Shown here piece after piece: positions 9,744 through 19,052 of a stretch of 42,681 nucleotides of DNA (the stretch's first letter is position 1; every line of letters starts with the position of its first letter). This DNA comes from a virus (lineage: Duplodnaviria; Heunggongvirae; Uroviricota; Caudoviricetes): IMG/VR virus record IMGVR_UViG_2718217863_000001; one strand, given 5' to 3'. The translations under genes were made by a program, and so were the position numbers. Under the pieces are notes generated by a model. The model was not told where the DNA came from, searched no databases, and saw only the letters and a program-made list of their open reading frames with translations.

Positions 9744-10157
9744 TTACTCATACTTAACCGGCCACTCGATATCCGGTGCTTTGGAGATGTCAACGCGCAT
9801 AAGTAATACCCGGTATTTTTTCCACTCAGCTAAGGCGTTAATTTCTTCTGCGCTGGCAATTCCAGAATCAACAGCATCCTGTCGCCAGCAAATCTCAGAC
9901 TCTGCTTCGGTGCGTAATTCGCGTTGCATTTGCCCAGCCTGAGCGACCAGTTGTTTTGCAGACAGGGCTGGGATATCAACCCATACAGGATAACCATTTT
10001 TATCCGTCCCGAGCATTTTCTCTTTTGGTGGATACTGGCTATAAACAGCCATGACCTCATCGCTCACACTGGCGGCATTCTCCGGCCACGCTCCGGCAGA
10101 AATATATGCTTCTTTAAGTGCTTCCGGATAAAAAACACCCTGATAAAATTTATTCAT
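9744..10157 (-). CDS. Tail fibre assembly protein (Tfa, G-like)
   Basis: 137 aa from MNKFYQ; C-terminal motif WKKYRVLLMRVDISKAPDIEWP typical of Tfa; ATGA overlap with fibre gene stop. Confidence 0.75.
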   Translation of the reverse strand: MNKFYQGVFYPEALKEAYISAGAWPENAASVSDEVMAVYSQYPPKEKMLGTDKNGYPVWVDIPALSAKQLVAQAGQMQRELRTEAESEICWRQDAVDSGIASAEEINALAEWKKYRVLLMRVDISKAPDIEWPVKYE

Positions 10158-11329
10158 AAATACCCCACAGCAAAAAAACAACAGTCTTCCAACGAGCCGG
10201 CTGGGGCCCAGTTTTGAATACTAATTTGAGAACGATTAGCCAGCCGAACATTCATCGCCTGACTGTAACCCGTTGTTCCCCGACATCCCATTGCCCACAG
10301 GCCACCAGTTGGGAAAGCATAAGGCAGGTTGTAGATAGCATCTTCTCCTCCGCGTGTCTGAATGGTTCCCCATTGCAGCATTATCTTCACTGGGTTATCT
10401 GTGGTTGCAAGACAGGGAATGTATAAATAGCCATTTCCACTGGCGTAAAAAGTGAAATGTGATGCGCTCAATACCTGGTCCTTTCCAGTGCCCATTGACG
10501 CCAGCGCGGCCGAGCCAAGCTGCAGGGCATTCCTGAAAGCAGCCACATTAGAAATATCAGCGCCATTAGCTGATTTCTGCATCGCACCGGCAGCTTTATT
10601 TATCGTGTCTAAGAGACCGAGATTCTGTAAAAATAACGCCACATTGGGAATATCTGCGCCATTACGTTCTTTCGCCAGACGTGCATTCGCATTATCCATC
10701 ACTATTTTTACTGCTTTCAGTGTGGCAGCTATCAGTTCACTTTCGCTTGAAACACTATTACTAAGCCGCACAAATCCCTTTTCATCTAGCGTGGCGTCAG
10801 GGTGATTACGTGACCGCTCATGTGTGCGTAGCAAACTGTCAGCATAGGCTTTTACCTCGATAACCTTGTCGTCGACATACTGGCGCGTTGACAGCACGAC
10901 CGACGGGTCGATTTTTAAGGTGATTGCCGACGTGCTCGAGACAACAAGAATCATGCGAATGGTCTGCGTTCGACCGCTCCCCTCGGCCAGTAACGGCTTG
11001 TAGGTTTCCGGGCAGTTGGCGACAGCAATCAAAATGCCATCTTCATCATAAAGACCGATTTCACGGATGAAAAAACCGCCCTCATTTTCCGGGATAATTT
11101 GCTCGGCAATAATCTGACCGGCGTCGTTAGCATCCACGCTCAGTGAATTAATCGGCGCGATGCGGGTCTGGTTAATGAGTTTTGTCTGAGCCGGGTCAGG
11201 CGTCGGCAACGTGCCGTTACCATCACCAACAGCCATTTGTGTGATATTAAGTTTTGTACCGAGCATGGTCGCGTTTGCCAGTCGCACCGCGCCCTGATTG
11301 GTCAGGATGGCAAAATATTTTGTTGTCAT
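10154..11329 (-). CDS. H: Tail fibre protein (short H-like)
   Basis: 391 aa; N-terminal 200 aa resemble conserved gpH shaft (MAVGDG...ELGLYD...AVANCPETYKP); divergent C-terminus. Confidence 0.8.
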   Translation of the reverse strand: MTTKYFAILTNQGAVRLANATMLGTKLNITQMAVGDGNGTLPTPDPAQTKLINQTRIAPINSLSVDANDAGQIIAEQIIPENEGGFFIREIGLYDEDGILIAVANCPETYKPLLAEGSGRTQTIRMILVVSSTSAITLKIDPSVVLSTRQYVDDKVIEVKAYADSLLRTHERSRNHPDATLDEKGFVRLSNSVSSESELIAATLKAVKIVMDNANARLAKERNGADIPNVALFLQNLGLLDTINKAAGAMQKSANGADISNVAAFRNALQLGSAALASMGTGKDQVLSASHFTFYASGNGYLYIPCLATTDNPVKIMLQWGTIQTRGGEDAIYNLPYAFPTGGLWAMGCRGTTGYSQAMNVRLANRSQISIQNWAPAGSLEDCCFFAVGYL

Positions 11330-11937
11330 GCGCTTACTCGCAGGTTATCAATCAGATGAATGGCCGAAGCCGGATAAAACTCACCACCGACGACAATTTC
11401 CCCGGCGGCATAGGGATAAACGGTTAACAGGTCGCCGTCATAGCAGCTTGCGCCCACATAAGCGCGCCCAGTGGTGCTCAGGCTGATAGCTAGCCCGGTC
11501 AGGTGTCGGCTTGCCGGTTTTGCCCCTTCTATCAGGCGCTCGAGTTCGAGGTACATCTCATCGGTGATACCGGTCTCGAGTACGCCAACAACAAGCCGGA
11601 AAGTTCCGGGCTCTTCGTTGAGTTCCCACCACTCCTTAACCTCAATCAGATAGCCCAGCGGCTCCACCACGCGCCGTAAGGCGGCGATAGTGCCTTTGTG
11701 GGCATGGATGAAAAACGCCGAGGCGATGACGCTGCGTTTTGTCGCCTCCGGCCAGTTCTCATCCCACCGGTCAACCGAAAACGCCCACGCCAGATAGGGC
11801 AGCAGCCGCACCGGGCAGGTGCGCCAGTTCCACAATGTGCGAAGCGGAACCGGCACACGCTCGATATCTGCGGCCGCGCGGGCGGCGGCAACCTCCAGCA
11901 CCGACGAGCCAACGGGCAACAGCCGGTTATCACTCAT
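11326..11937 (-). CDS. I: Baseplate assembly protein I
   Basis: 203 aa from MSDNRLLPVGSS; start overlaps J stop; ORF-track start 12060 is an upstream in-frame extension inside J. Confidence 0.8.
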   Translation of the reverse strand: MSDNRLLPVGSSVLEVAAARAAADIERVPVPLRTLWNWRTCPVRLLPYLAWAFSVDRWDENWPEATKRSVIASAFFIHAHKGTIAALRRVVEPLGYLIEVKEWWELNEEPGTFRLVVGVLETGITDEMYLELERLIEGAKPASRHLTGLAISLSTTGRAYVGASCYDGDLLTVYPYAAGEIVVGGEFYPASAIHLIDNLRVSA

Positions 11938-12838
11938 CAGCACCCCCGTCAGCGATGCGGTATTCGGTGCAACAGGATGCCTGGTATTTACTGAGCACAA
12001 TGTCAGCCAGTGGCGCGGCCAGTTCGACACGCTGTACACCTTCAACGTGCAGGGCGGCATAGATGGCCGACTGGCGAATGTCGCGACCCAGTCGCTGTTG
12101 TGCGCTGATGTATGCCTTCAGTTTTTCCTCTGCGGCCTGACGGATTGGCTCGGCCTCCGGCCCCGGATAAAAATACAGCGTGGCGTCAATCTGATACGGC
12201 ACGATTTCAGCACTCTGCACCGTCACCCTGTCGCCAACCGGGCGCACCTCTTCAGCATTTAGTGCTTTTTCAACGATGGTCAGAAGTTCATCGGATGCGG
12301 TGCCATCATCCTCGCGTGACAGTACGGTGATGGTCACACAGGCCGGTGACGGGCTGACAACCGAGATATCAGCGACCCGACCGTCGGCGCTGCGCCCGTG
12401 GTATTCATATGCGCCGACCGGACCAGCCACGCTGAGCCCTTCATAAGCCTGTTGTGCGCGTAACCGTAAATCGGCATCAGATTCCATGACGGCGGGTGTT
12501 GGCGGGATAGTGCTGTCATCGGCTGGCGTCACAATCTGTCGCCCGGTGTTGTTGTTTCCGGCCATCACATCGAGGTCGTTATTACTCGCGTAAGCCAGTG
12601 TGCAGCTTTTCGCCGCATCGTTCACACGCTGACGCCAGATAACCTCCCGATAGGCGTTTTCCTCCAGATACTTCACCAGTGGATCAGACTCAAGGGCGAG
12701 AGTTCGCGCAACAGCGTCCTGTTGTTCTTCAGGGTAAAGCGAGACCAGCGTCGCTTTGCGTTCCGCGAGAATAGTTTCAAAATCCAGCGTTTCTACCACG
12801 TCAGGCGCGGGGAGCTGGCTCAGGTCGATGGTTGGCAT
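11930..12838 (-). CDS. J: Baseplate assembly protein J
   Basis: 302 aa; synteny W-J-I. Confidence 0.85.
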   Translation of the reverse strand: MPTIDLSQLPAPDVVETLDFETILAERKATLVSLYPEEQQDAVARTLALESDPLVKYLEENAYREVIWRQRVNDAAKSCTLAYASNNDLDVMAGNNNTGRQIVTPADDSTIPPTPAVMESDADLRLRAQQAYEGLSVAGPVGAYEYHGRSADGRVADISVVSPSPACVTITVLSREDDGTASDELLTIVEKALNAEEVRPVGDRVTVQSAEIVPYQIDATLYFYPGPEAEPIRQAAEEKLKAYISAQQRLGRDIRQSAIYAALHVEGVQRVELAAPLADIVLSKYQASCCTEYRIADGGADE

Positions 12839-12842
12839 AAAT

Positions 12843-13190
12843 TCAACTCACAGGAATAGTCAGTGACAGGGTTTTGCCGGTGTCCCGGGTCTCGCCGGTC
12901 AGCTCAACAATCATCTGACCGTTAAACTGACGTTCGACCGTCAGCGAGCTGATGCTGATGCGCGGCTCCCACTTCAGCAGCGCCATATAACAGGCGCACA
13001 TAATTTGCAGCCTCAGCGCGTCGGTCTGCGGCATATCAATCAGGGAGAACAGCAGCGAGCCATAATCGCGGCGCATCACGCGAGAGCCGACTGGCGTTCG
13101 CAAAATATCGCCACAGCTCTGACGGATGTGATCGGCGTCAGTGATGGCGAGCCCGGTCTCCCTGTTCATACCGATATAACGGGTCGTCAT
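12843..13190 (-). CDS. W: Baseplate assembly protein W (gp25-like)
   Basis: 115 aa; synteny. Confidence 0.85.
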   Translation of the reverse strand: MTTRYIGMNRETGLAITDADHIRQSCGDILRTPVGSRVMRRDYGSLLFSLIDMPQTDALRLQIMCACYMALLKWEPRISISSLTVERQFNGQMIVELTGETRDTGKTLSLTIPVS

Positions 13191-13828
13191 TTCGTGCCCT
13201 CCGTCCAGGCTCCACCCCTTTGCACACCGCCGTGACCGTGGTTGTCGACCTGAACGCCGTTTGATTTAAACGTACCGTCGATGTGTTCGATGTTTCCGCG
13301 CATGGTGCCGCCTTGTTGCACCTCAAGCGTCGCCGTCGTCAGTTTGTTGGTGCAGACCACTTCCGGGGTTTCGAGGGTGATGCGGGTCTCGGCTTTCACC
13401 GTCACCAGCGGTACCGTCGCGGTGATGGAATCCGACGCCGTAACATCTGCGGTTTTAATGCCGCTCACAGTCAGTGCGCCGGTCTCCGGCTCGTACTCGA
13501 TAACAGCCCCATCAGGAAAGGTGATGTGAAATGCATCAGCCGATGCCGACGGCCCGGGGTGGTCATCGGAGAAAATACCGGGCAACACAAAAGCGGTGTC
13601 GAGCTCACCACCGACGGCCAGCAGTAAAACCTGCTCACCCGCAGACGGAGCCCACCAGACACGTGAGCGACCGGCGCGCGTAGTCAGCCACTGAAGCCAG
13701 TCGGTAACAATGCCGCCAGTCTGGACGCGACAGCGCCCGTCATCGAGGTCAACTTCGACGACGACGCCGGTGCGTATCAGGTTGCGAAGGAGGCGTGAAA
13801 TTTCTTGTATACGTGATAATGTTGTCAT
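13187..13828 (-). CDS. V: Baseplate spike/assembly protein V
   Basis: 213 aa from MTTLSRIQEISRL; strong similarity to remembered P2 gpV; start chosen over upstream 13864 because of the promoter element. Confidence 0.8.
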   Translation of the reverse strand: MTTLSRIQEISRLLRNLIRTGVVVEVDLDDGRCRVQTGGIVTDWLQWLTTRAGRSRVWWAPSAGEQVLLLAVGGELDTAFVLPGIFSDDHPGPSASADAFHITFPDGAVIEYEPETGALTVSGIKTADVTASDSITATVPLVTVKAETRITLETPEVVCTNKLTTATLEVQQGGTMRGNIEHIDGTFKSNGVQVDNHGHGGVQRGGAWTEGTK

Positions 13829-13875
13829 AGACGTTAGAGTGCTAAATTTACCTACGAATGCCAAAGGCTAGGGGC

Positions 13876-13893
13876 TGTACCTTCGCTAGCACA
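13876..13893 (-). promoter_or_regulatory. Candidate Ogr/B-dependent late promoter element (TGT-N12-ACA) for the V operon
   Basis: Palindromic TGTaccttcgctagcACA about 50 bp upstream of the V start. Confidence 0.45.
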
Positions 13894-13943
13894 ACTTGTA
13901 GGCGGTTTTTATCGATATAAGTCTAAAAAAATGGATACAAAAA

Positions 13944-15029
13944 ATGGGAAACTCCAAACGCATTGCTTTTAGAATAGTTATTACGCTCAACAACAACTCA
14001 GCAACCGTCGTACCTGAATGTCATAATTTAAAATATAAGTTCTCCAGAAATCACACTGACAAACTAGAAATCACTGGAGATACCATCACAATATCCGGTA
14101 GCCGTTCTGGAAAGCCTAATCTCGATGAAATATTCACCAATAATCAAAGCGAGGTTTATTTTCAGGTAATTAAATCATATATTTATTACTGCGTCGCGAA
14201 TGGCAACATATTTAAAATATTGAAAATAGAATGTCATAATAACGACGACGCCATCGATAAAGTATACTCTGGTGATGAGATACGAAATCTCAACGTGTCA
14301 AACAATGCACCAAATATAAGAAAGATAAACAAGGCAAAAGCGGCAATAATTTTTGAGGCCACGCCTGAAAGTAATAAATACCTGTACGCTATGAGCACAT
14401 TAATCCGTTCACTTTGTAGTGACGACAATAACGACATTTTCGAAAAAATATGGAAGTCCTATAACTCAATTTACCGAGTCATCAGCAATGAAAAGCAAGA
14501 GGTTGAATGTCTTAATGAAATGGGGAGGGAGATAATAAGCAACCCTGCAAACTACCCTCTTTCTGTAAATGCCGCTCAAGCCATTTCGGGTAATGATATA
14601 TCGGATTCCACTCGGTGGTGGAGGATGTTAGAGAATAAATTCATCATACGAGGAAATAAAAAAACTCGAGAAAATAATTTCTCTACCTTCCTTACTCAAT
14701 ATCAAGACTTTCGATTAAATGAAGTATCTCAGAGGAACGTTGATATTGAAAAAAACTTTTGGACCAACTCCAACCTAAAAACCACAACAATAAATGACAT
14801 TGCAAATAAAATAAATAACAACCAAAGAAATGATGCCGAAGTAGTTGATGCAATTTGTAATCATTACGCCTACTTCCTTAGAAATAAAACCCTGCATGGA
14901 GATCAAACAGATCATTCTTTCAGGTTCATACCCTATAACAAAGAAGAGAAAACATTGAAATTCACCTCGAATATTTTGTTTTTACTGGTGTGCGACCTGA
15001 TAAATAGCCACACACTCCAGACAAGTTAA
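13944..15029 (+). CDS. Orphan 361-aa AT-rich moron protein of unknown function (candidate defence/abortive-infection gene; possible HEPN-like Rx4H motif)
   Basis: Long ORF on the strand opposite all flanking late genes; Asn/Lys/Ile-rich composition unlike neighbours; sits at the V/S junction where P2 carries an accessory ORF; motif RNKTLH near C-terminus. Confidence 0.7.
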   Translation: MGNSKRIAFRIVITLNNNSATVVPECHNLKYKFSRNHTDKLEITGDTITISGSRSGKPNLDEIFTNNQSEVYFQVIKSYIYYCVANGNIFKILKIECHNNDDAIDKVYSGDEIRNLNVSNNAPNIRKINKAKAAIIFEATPESNKYLYAMSTLIRSLCSDDNNDIFEKIWKSYNSIYRVISNEKQEVECLNEMGREIISNPANYPLSVNAAQAISGNDISDSTRWWRMLENKFIIRGNKKTRENNFSTFLTQYQDFRLNEVSQRNVDIEKNFWTNSNLKTTTINDIANKINNNQRNDAEVVDAICNHYAYFLRNKTLHGDQTDHSFRFIPYNKEEKTLKFTSNILFLLVCDLINSHTLQTS

Positions 15030-15034
15030 ATTGA

Positions 15035-15484
15035 TTAGATATCGAAGCCCTTGGCTATTATAACTTCAATAATAGCCAAGTCGTCACTCTGGAAACCTAA
15101 CAATGGTCGGGCATCATACTGTACCGGCGTACTGTTTCGCCCGGGCTTATCCTTGAGGCCGTACTGATGCACATTCGCCATCCGTTGTACTTTACCGGTA
15201 AATTCCACGACCGCCGCGTCATTCCCCGCCGTAGCTTTCATAAAGCGACTGGTGCGGAGTTTGGCGAACATTTCCCGCTTAACCCGGCCTTTTTTGGCTT
15301 TTACCGGCTGGCGTTTTCGGGCGGCGTAAGGTGTCCCGTCCGGGGCTTTCTGCGTTTTAATCCGGCGCTGTTGACGGGCTCGCAGGGTCTTCGCGATATC
15401 TGCGGCCATTCTGCGACGGGCAGCAGGTGACAGCGCCGCTATCAGCCCCGCGAGCTTATCGTCAAAGGGTTTAAAGTCATTCAT
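15035..15484 (-). CDS. S: Tail completion protein S
   Basis: 149 aa; synteny R-S. Confidence 0.8.
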   Translation of the reverse strand: MNDFKPFDDKLAGLIAALSPAARRRMAADIAKTLRARQQRRIKTQKAPDGTPYAARKRQPVKAKKGRVKREMFAKLRTSRFMKATAGNDAAVVEFTGKVQRMANVHQYGLKDKPGRNSTPVQYDARPLLGFQSDDLAIIEVIIAKGFDI

Positions 15485-15944
15485 GCAAGCGACTCACGAG
15501 CTCACCGTTAACATACAGTTCAACTGGCCGGGTAACGGGCTCCGGCGGCTGCGGCTCTTCAGCCTGTTCGACGTGGAGCTTATCCCCCTGCTCTTTAACG
15601 ATAGTGCGCTCGGTCAGCATCAGGCTGATACTGATATCGGTGCTGTCGTTGTCGTTGATATCGGCAAAATAGGTGAATCCCTTTTTACGCCCTTCATCGG
15701 TCGTCATAATGTCAGCCTGATGGATGCGCAACCATGCCTGAATCGGGACGAGTAACAGCTCGATATCATCCGTGAAATCGGTCACCACCACATTAAGCGT
15801 GTACCGGTTCTCAAACGACAGCGACGTCGCCAGCGTCGAGGCAAGATTCCCGTTGTCGATAAAGACACGCATCATATCGGGGTTTCGTGCCAGCACCGGC
15901 ACAGCGTCAGTTAAGGCTTTTCGCAGACTCTTCGGCTTGTACAT
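15477..15944 (-). CDS. R: Tail completion protein R
   Basis: 155 aa; close match to remembered P2 gpR (TDEG.KKGFT...ISISLMLTERT...PVTRP.ELYVNGELVS). Confidence 0.85.
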   Translation of the reverse strand: MYKPKSLRKALTDAVPVLARNPDMMRVFIDNGNLASTLATSLSFENRYTLNVVVTDFTDDIELLLVPIQAWLRIHQADIMTTDEGRKKGFTYFADINDNDSTDISISLMLTERTIVKEQGDKLHVEQAEEPQPPEPVTRPVELYVNGELVSRLHE

Positions 15945-16197
15945 CGATTCTATCCTGACAGTTTTTTATTGTTCTGACCTGAAGCGCACAGCGCTCGAGG
16001 GCGCTTTCGAGCTGGCGTATATCCGCGCTCAGGTCGCCATTGGTGGTCGGGTCACTTCCCGGCATCGGGCAAAGACTGACCCTCGGGCATGCGTTGTAAA
16101 CAATCACCGGCGTCGGCACAGGCGGCGCGCTGGTGCAACCGGCGCACAGCATCAGGCAAATCAGCGCTATACCAGCGGCGAAGTTGTTCGTTTTCAT
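15907..16197 (-). CDS. lysC: Outer-membrane spanin LysC (Rz1-like lipoprotein)
   Basis: 96 aa from MKTNNFAAGIALICLMLCAGC (lipobox), Pro-rich periplasmic part; embedded in lysB 3' region in another frame. Confidence 0.7.
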   Translation of the reverse strand: MKTNNFAAGIALICLMLCAGCTSAPPVPTPVIVYNACPRVSLCPMPGSDPTTNGDLSADIRQLESALERCALQVRTIKNCQDRIDVQAEESAKSLN

Positions 16198-16349
16198 TGA
16201 GTAACCTCGTAATGGTCTGTTCCCGGCGTTGCGCCCGCGCTCCGGCATCGATGAGCTCACCGCGCAGTAAGACCTGAGCGGTCTCATTTTCCTCACGGAT
16301 ACGGGAGGCCGTTTTAAGCTGGCTTTTCAGCATGGTAATCACCGTTTTT
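16052..16349 (-). pseudogene. lysB: Inner-membrane spanin LysB, 3' fragment (gene split by IS insertion)
   Basis: Coiled-coil periplasmic portion without N-terminal TMD; N-terminal residues of the ORF-track protein are read-through from the IS end. Confidence 0.65.
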
Positions 16350-16441
16350 TGTTCACTGCGTATTACCGTGAAGGAGATCGGTGAGTAACATCGATGGAGA
16401 TCGGTTCGTGTCACTTTCACAGAACCGTTTTTAAATTACCT

Positions 16442-17191
16442 TCACTGATCTCCTTCGGTCAACGGAGATTGTATTTTCCGCATTGATTCTCCTTTAAGTT
16501 CGATCTTGATACTGCCATGAACCAGTCGATCTAGGATGGCATCCGCATGTGTGGAGTCTCCGATCATTTTGTACCAGTTTTCCACCGGCAACTGGCTCAC
16601 TACGATGATTGAGCCTCGTTGGTACATCAGATCCACTATTTCCAGCAGGTCGCTACGCTGTTCTGATGAGAGAGGTTCCAGCCCCCAGTCATCCAGAAGC
16701 AGCAGATCGCTATTATTCAGCCTGGTCAAAAGTTTGCTGTATCTTCCATCAGCATGCCCCTGATAGCACTGTTCCATCAGCGCTTTAAGGCGATAATAGT
16801 AGACCTTGTATCCCTGTCGGCAGGCATTATGACCAAGTGCACATGCCAGGAACGTTTTACCGCTGCCGGTGGCCCCGGTCAGTAAAATATTTTGTTTCAG
16901 GGTTAACCAGTTTCCCTGACTGAGTGAACGGATGAGGGCCCTGTCCAGCCCTCTATTGTTACGATAATCCAGCTTTGATAACTCAGCATTAAGTCTGAAC
17001 CGTGCATGTTTGATCAGACGCTCTGCCTTCCTGTTTTCACGGCAGGTTAGTTCTTCTGCTGTCAGTAATGACAGGCGTTCTTCGAAGCCCAGCTCCTGGT
17101 ATGTGCCCGGCTGAGCAAGTTGCTTTTTAAGCGCATCACGGAAGCCGGTGAGTTTAAGTGCGGTCAGTTGTTCGTAAAGATGATTCATCAT
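16442..17191 (-). CDS. istB: IS21-family helper ATPase IstB
   Basis: 249 aa; Walker A GATGSGKT; IstB-like. Confidence 0.9.
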   Translation of the reverse strand: MMNHLYEQLTALKLTGFRDALKKQLAQPGTYQELGFEERLSLLTAEELTCRENRKAERLIKHARFRLNAELSKLDYRNNRGLDRALIRSLSQGNWLTLKQNILLTGATGSGKTFLACALGHNACRQGYKVYYYRLKALMEQCYQGHADGRYSKLLTRLNNSDLLLLDDWGLEPLSSEQRSDLLEIVDLMYQRGSIIVVSQLPVENWYKMIGDSTHADAILDRLVHGSIKIELKGESMRKIQSPLTEGDQ

Positions 17192-17202
17192 TGGATCCCG
17201 TA

Positions 17203-18744
17203 TCAGTGGTAATACTCACTGCCGCGTACGTTTTCGTGTTCCATCGTGGATAACAGATCTGGTTTTGGATCCTGAACAGGTTGTTTATCCAGACCTTTTT
17301 CCAGGATCGATTTAATACCTGACAGACGCCATACCTTTGTTTTCAGAGCTCTTGCACATGCTGCATTAAGTCTGGCTTTACTGTATTTTTTATGAAGGTT
17401 CAGGAGTCCAAGGCAGAAGCGATAGCTTTGTTCCGGATGTGGACGAGAGTTCAGTATATGAAGCACATAACTATGAGTTTCACTGCCTATGTGCCCCGCC
17501 CATTCCAGAAGACGCTCTGGCGTCCAGGTGGCATGCTGTCGATGAGCTTCAGGCATGTGCTCGTTGCGGGTACTGTAGCCATAAGTACGCTTGCGCGGGT
17601 GCACAGCAACCTCCTGCCCCTGATTGAAGAGTCTTACCAGTTCTCCGGAGATCCATGCTTCCAGTTGCTGGCCTAACAGCGAACATGGAACCGAGTAGTA
17701 ATGTTTGTCGATTTCCACGTGGTAATCGGCATGAACTCTGACTTTCTTCACCAGGGTGTAACTGTAACTGGCTTCAGGAAGAGGCTTCAGTGCGGGTTTA
17801 TCAAGCTGGATGAAGAGTTCTGCACGTGAATAACCCAACTTCTGCATTATTTTGTTATTCAGTCTTTCCAGCAACTCCCGAATGCGCTGATTAAGCGATG
17901 CAAGGCTGTAGAAGATCTCATGCCTGATTCGGGCCATGATCCAGCGTTCAACAACCTGAACGCCAACTTCAGCTTTGGCTTTATCTTTCGGTTTACGTGG
18001 CCGCGCAGGCAAAACTGCGACATTATAATGCTCAAGCATCTGCTGGTAGGTAGGGTTAACGTCAGGATCATACTTACATGCCCTGGATGTGGCGCTTTTC
18101 AGATTGTCCGGAACAACAAGTTCAGGAACGCCACCCAACCACTGGAAGCAGCGAACATGACTCATCACCCAGTCTTCAAGCTGCTGAGACCAGGTGGCCT
18201 CTGCCCATGTGTAACTTGATGCCCCGAGAACAGCTACGATGACCTGAGCAGTTCTTATTTCTCCGGTCTCAGGGTCGGTAACGCCAACGGTAGGTCCACA
18301 GTAATCAACGAAAAGTTTTTCGCCAGCTTTATGTACCTGACGCATTGATGGTGAAGTGGTTTTGAGCCATTCACGGTACATCCGGCAGTAATGGTTATAG
18401 CTGTAAAAACCGCCTGGATTACGCTCACAGTATTCTTCCCAGAGTAGCTGCAGCGTCACGCATTTATTACGCAGTTCCCGGTGTACTGTAGCCCAGTCAG
18501 GCAGAGAGTGCTTCTTCATCTTAACCTGGGTCTGAAGGAACGCATGTTTTAGTTTTGTATCATCCCATCCTGTAGGTAAGGGCCACTGCTTTATGCCAAG
18601 TTGAGCCGCCCGATTAGCATATCTGGATACAACGGAAGGGGAGATTGCAAGACTACGACCAATTTGTCGATGGCTGAGTCCAACACCGTATTTAAGCCTA
18701 AGAATTTCTTTAAGTTTTCTCATAGAAATTGGAACTGTTGGCAT
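17203..18744 (-). CDS. istA: IS21-family transposase IstA
   Basis: 513 aa; N-terminal HTH, DDE integrase core; upstream of istB. Confidence 0.9.
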   Translation of the reverse strand: MPTVPISMRKLKEILRLKYGVGLSHRQIGRSLAISPSVVSRYANRAAQLGIKQWPLPTGWDDTKLKHAFLQTQVKMKKHSLPDWATVHRELRNKCVTLQLLWEEYCERNPGGFYSYNHYCRMYREWLKTTSPSMRQVHKAGEKLFVDYCGPTVGVTDPETGEIRTAQVIVAVLGASSYTWAEATWSQQLEDWVMSHVRCFQWLGGVPELVVPDNLKSATSRACKYDPDVNPTYQQMLEHYNVAVLPARPRKPKDKAKAEVGVQVVERWIMARIRHEIFYSLASLNQRIRELLERLNNKIMQKLGYSRAELFIQLDKPALKPLPEASYSYTLVKKVRVHADYHVEIDKHYYSVPCSLLGQQLEAWISGELVRLFNQGQEVAVHPRKRTYGYSTRNEHMPEAHRQHATWTPERLLEWAGHIGSETHSYVLHILNSRPHPEQSYRFCLGLLNLHKKYSKARLNAACARALKTKVWRLSGIKSILEKGLDKQPVQDPKPDLLSTMEHENVRGSEYYH

Positions 18745-18943
18745 AGGTATCCTTTACCGGAATGGCAAAAGATACAGATCAACACACCTGTGAAGTTCCA
18801 ATAACATTGATGGAGATCACTGAATAACAAAATGAGTCAAAAGTGATCTCCATCGATGTTATTCAGCGATCTGTTCAAATGTTATTACCCGATCTCGATG
18901 GAAGTTATTGAGTGATCTCCTTTCATGAAAATACGCAGTTCAC

Positions 18944-19052
18944 CGGCGACTTTATTCGCCCGCTCAAAGGAACGGGTCAGACTGGTGTTTTCGTGCCGCA
19001 TCCAGAGCAGCCCGGCCACGGCCAGCACTAACAACACGACTATCGTTTTCAT
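18944..19052 (-). pseudogene. lysB: Inner-membrane spanin LysB, 5' fragment (N-terminal TMD)
   Basis: MKTIVVLLVLAVAGLLWMRHENTSLTRSFERANKVAG... ATG overlaps endolysin stop (ATGA); runs into IS end. Confidence 0.65.

Larger units (their letters stand above)
16350..18943 (-). mobile_element. IS21-family insertion sequence (istA-istB), about 2.6 kb; boundaries approximate (+/- 20 bp)
   Basis: IstA transposase plus IstB ATPase; multiple TCGATGGAGATC-type subterminal repeats at both ends; imperfect terminal inverted repeats ending in ACTGCGTATT. Confidence 0.8.

Noticed and set aside
11938-12060. Longer N-terminal extensions of gpI (to 12060), gpV (to 13864), Ogr (to 3279) and the nuclease-like gene (to 36159)
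   Set aside because: Extensions overlap upstream genes or promoter elements and are not matched by known homologue N-termini; internal starts with RBS or coupled stop/start are preferred
16371-18926. Reiterated TGATGGAGATC-like motifs near 16371-16470 and 18800-18926, possibly att sites or CRISPR-like repeats
   Set aside because: They flank istA/istB and are best explained as the multiple subterminal transposase-binding repeats of an IS21-family element
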